A stretch of DNA of 64,000 nt, from positions 128,001 through 192,000 of the IMG/VR virus record IMGVR_UViG_3300045988_154312; one strand, given 5' to 3'. Source of the DNA: a virus. A program made the translations under genes and the position numbers. Below are positions 61,698 through 64,000 of the stretch, one piece after another (positions within the stretch are counted from its first letter, which is position 1; every line of letters starts with the position of its first letter). The notes beneath the pieces were generated by a model that worked only from the letters and a program-made list of their open reading frames with translations, was not told the origin of the DNA and ran no database searches.

Positions 61698-62082
61698 ACA
61701 ATTATGTTGGCTATTTCGACTATTTTTAATAGCTATCGATATTGAAAATTATCAATCAAAAGATTTTAAAATCGGCGAATTTAAATATGCTCTTAGATTA
61801 ACAGCTGTCGAACATATTCTTCATATCGAGTTGTTAAAGAAAAATAATCCGATCGTTGCTTCGTTATCAGGTGTTGATTATTTTCCGCAGGAATCGTTAA
61901 GTTTTAATTTTAGAACGAACGATATATTAAACGATTATTTCGAATTATTCTTTGACGGTAGTAAAGTAATTGAAGAAAATCTTAATATACTGTATAATAT
62001 ATCATATAATATATGTAATCCTGTAGAAATAATGAAAGGACTAGTTAATAACAATGGTCGGAAGAATAAAATTTACTGGTAA
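61678..62082 (+). CDS. Hypothetical small protein
   Basis: Overlapping start. Confidence 0.55.
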   Translation: MKKEEFRQLCWLFRLFLIAIDIENYQSKDFKIGEFKYALRLTAVEHILHIELLKKNNPIVASLSGVDYFPQESLSFNFRTNDILNDYFELFFDGSKVIEENLNILYNISYNICNPVEIMKGLVNNNGRKNKIYW

Positions 62083-62368
62083 GCTAAGTGCTATTAATAG
62101 AATTAATAATGAATTATTGAATAAAGATATGTTCGCAGGCAATTGTATCGTTAAAGAAAAAATTCGTTGCGATAATATTTTAATGCTAACAATCGAAACT
62201 GATTACGATATTAATTCTGCATATTTAGTTTCATTAAGCGATACATATCATGTGAATATCGAATATAGTATTAGCAATCATGTCGATCATATAAAACATA
62301 GTGGTATTATTGTATTCGAACATAATAAAGCTGAAATCGTAGAAGAAAAGAAATTTACATATGAATAA
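62054..62368 (+). CDS. Hypothetical small protein
   Basis: Overlaps upstream gene by 29 nt. Confidence 0.5.
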   Translation: MVGRIKFTGKLSAINRINNELLNKDMFAGNCIVKEKIRCDNILMLTIETDYDINSAYLVSLSDTYHVNIEYSISNHVDHIKHSGIIVFEHNKAEIVEEKKFTYE

Positions 62369-62819
62369 AAAATTAAATCGAAAAGTATTTTTCTCGATCA
62401 AACATAATATGTTAATGAATTCATTTTGTCGAGACTATAAGTTTAAAAACTTTGAAATTTCGGCTTATAAGACAAACATAAGATTGTTTAATAAAGAAAC
62501 CAAATTGTTAAAAATTGCTAATAGTTGTAAAACGTTAGAAACGTTAGTTAATACATACGAAGAATTAAGACAAGTCGGTATGATTATATGGCTATTAGGC
62601 TTTTACGCATTTCAATTAGATAAAGATTTAGATGTTAAAAAACATTTTAAACTATTCGAAGAAATCGAAAAAGTAACATTAACACAACCATTAAACTTAA
62701 GTCCAGACGATATTCAGATCCGTCAGTTAAGAGAGTCGTTAGAACAAGCAGCCAATAGAATTAATGCACAAATAAATTTTTGGTCGAATATACTTCCCGA
62801 AAGGAATGGTGGTCGATGA
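62361..62819 (+). CDS. Hypothetical small protein
   Basis: Overlapping start. Confidence 0.55.
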   Translation: MNKKLNRKVFFSIKHNMLMNSFCRDYKFKNFEISAYKTNIRLFNKETKLLKIANSCKTLETLVNTYEELRQVGMIIWLLGFYAFQLDKDLDVKKHFKLFEEIEKVTLTQPLNLSPDDIQIRQLRESLEQAANRINAQINFWSNILPERNGGR

Positions 62820-63493
62820 ACGGAAGTTTACGTAATTTATTTAAACGTCATCGTCAAAACTTTAATCCAGAAAGTTTATTACGCGATCTAAAAAAAGATC
62901 AGAATAAAAAAAATCTGGTCGATAAAATTAAAGAAATGGAGGAAACTAGGAAAGCAGAAGTGTTAGAACCTGAACGAAACAACTATCCTCAGTGTAAGGT
63001 CGATTTGGTCGCACAAGTACAAAAAGAAATCGAAGAAGAAAATACTCCGAATGAACCGGCGGACGATATTCAAGAAATTTCAGTACATGCTGATTGTCCG
63101 ACCGTATCGTTAGATAATTGGACGACAGAAGAACTTGTGCGATCGATTCAAAAAGGTAAAGAAGCCGCTAAACATATCTTACAAAATTATGAGTTCTGGA
63201 ATAGTATGGTCAAAGAATGCGATCAGGCATTAGGCGATTTGCGTCATTTCGCAGAATTCTACGACGATGCGACACAAGAAGAAATTAATAAAGTATATAC
63301 CTTAATGACAGAGTACAGTCGTAAACGTCGTGTATATAAAGACCGTGTCGAAATCTTTAAAGACATGTTTGCTGGCAAAACTAGATTTGAAAATATCTAT
63401 GCACCAGTTAATCAAATGTCTAATAAATTTAATAAGATGAATATTGAGCGTCAGTATTCTCCACGGATACTTAAGGACTTGTTCGAGCGTTAG
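62816..63493 (+). CDS. Hypothetical protein
   Basis: ATGA overlap start (MNGSLRNLFK...). Less AT-biased composition. Confidence 0.6.
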   Translation: MNGSLRNLFKRHRQNFNPESLLRDLKKDQNKKNLVDKIKEMEETRKAEVLEPERNNYPQCKVDLVAQVQKEIEEENTPNEPADDIQEISVHADCPTVSLDNWTTEELVRSIQKGKEAAKHILQNYEFWNSMVKECDQALGDLRHFAEFYDDATQEEINKVYTLMTEYSRKRRVYKDRVEIFKDMFAGKTRFENIYAPVNQMSNKFNKMNIERQYSPRILKDLFER

Positions 63494-63515
63494 TCACGTT
63501 CTACATTATCCTTCT

Positions 63516-63536
63516 GGGGCTCCGCCCCGAAATCAC
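63516..63536 (+). promoter_or_regulatory. Hairpin-TCC-GAAATCAC motif copy
   Basis: ggggc-TCC-gcccc-GAAATCAC. Stem polarity is reversed relative to the 37699 copy (gcccc/ggggc). 73 nt upstream of ATG 63589. Confidence 0.5.
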
Positions 63537-63551
63537 TTTTGTGTTCTTTAC

Positions 63552-63582
63552 AAGAAGCTAGGTTTAACTAGCTTCTTTTTTT
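63552..63582 (+). terminator. Terminator-like hairpin between the motif and the next start codon
   Basis: aagaagctag-gtttaa-ctagcttctt, then a T run. Confidence 0.5.
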
Positions 63583-63588
63583 GTATAT

Positions 63589-63942
63589 ATGGATAGTTAC
63601 GATAGAATAATAAAACGATTAATATCGGCAAAAATCCCTAAGAGATTCCGAGATATCCGTGAATATCTTATTGACGATAAAGATTTTAAATATAAACATA
63701 CGTCGATCACATTATTCGATCGGGATTGGAGAATTTCAGGATACGTGCCGAATACTTTTGTCGTAACTGATTTTTCAGCAAATCATACGATGAATCATTA
63801 TATCGATTATAATACAAAACGATATTTAATTCATAAGCATTGTAAAGTATTTGATAGCCGAAAAGAAGTTACGAATGAGGAAGCATATAAAGCTAAAATT
63901 CTATTATTGTGGTTAGTATATTTTTATTATACGGGGTATTAA
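63589..63942 (+). CDS. Hypothetical small protein
   Basis: 117-aa ORF. Confidence 0.55.
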   Translation: MDSYDRIIKRLISAKIPKRFRDIREYLIDDKDFKYKHTSITLFDRDWRISGYVPNTFVVTDFSANHTMNHYIDYNTKRYLIHKHCKVFDSRKEVTNEEAYKAKILLLWLVYFYYTGY

Positions 63943-63944
63943 AA

Positions 63945-64000
63945 ATGAAATACTATCTTGAAGTCGAGAGTGATATTCATCACCCAACAGCAAAAGAAAT
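63945..64000 (+). CDS. Hypothetical protein, 5' fragment (continues beyond window)
   Basis: ATG 63945 two nt after the upstream stop. Open to the window end. Confidence 0.35.
   Translation, partial: MKYYLEVESDIHHPTAKE

Overview
This window reads as a segment of a large, very AT-rich dsDNA phage genome. SD usage, a sigma-A-like promoter and YneA/YpsA-like domains suggest a low-GC Gram-positive host. Every credible gene is on the + strand except one silent cassette. In order: (1) a replication pair, a RecJ-like phosphoesterase (5' truncated) and DnaE-type Pol III alpha. (2) A roughly 21-kb fibre, spike and lysis module (4.6-25.5 kb) with several paralogous fibre families, a holin-like gene, an Amidase_2-type lysin and a beta-helix spike. 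It ends in a tail-fibre gene whose 3' end lies in a 31-bp-inverted-repeat-flanked invertible segment carrying an alternative tip. (3) A visibly GC-richer block (about 26.7-39.2 kb). It contains a 1489-aa protein with an RdRP/YonO-like DxDxD polymerase signature fused to a YpsA-type SLOG domain, a YneA-like LysM membrane protein, an RNase-H1-type hybrid-binding-domain protein, ORF-free structured stretches and a recurrent hairpin-GAAATC(T/A)C motif. (4) A roughly 3.8-kb ORF-free zone (39.2-43.0 kb) packed with several hairpin and repeat families and a 4x14-bp iteron block. (5) A roughly 21-kb co-directional array of about 70 tiny genes. About 22 of them belong to one family with a Tyr-rich C-terminal tail. 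Most products are unassignable from sequence alone.
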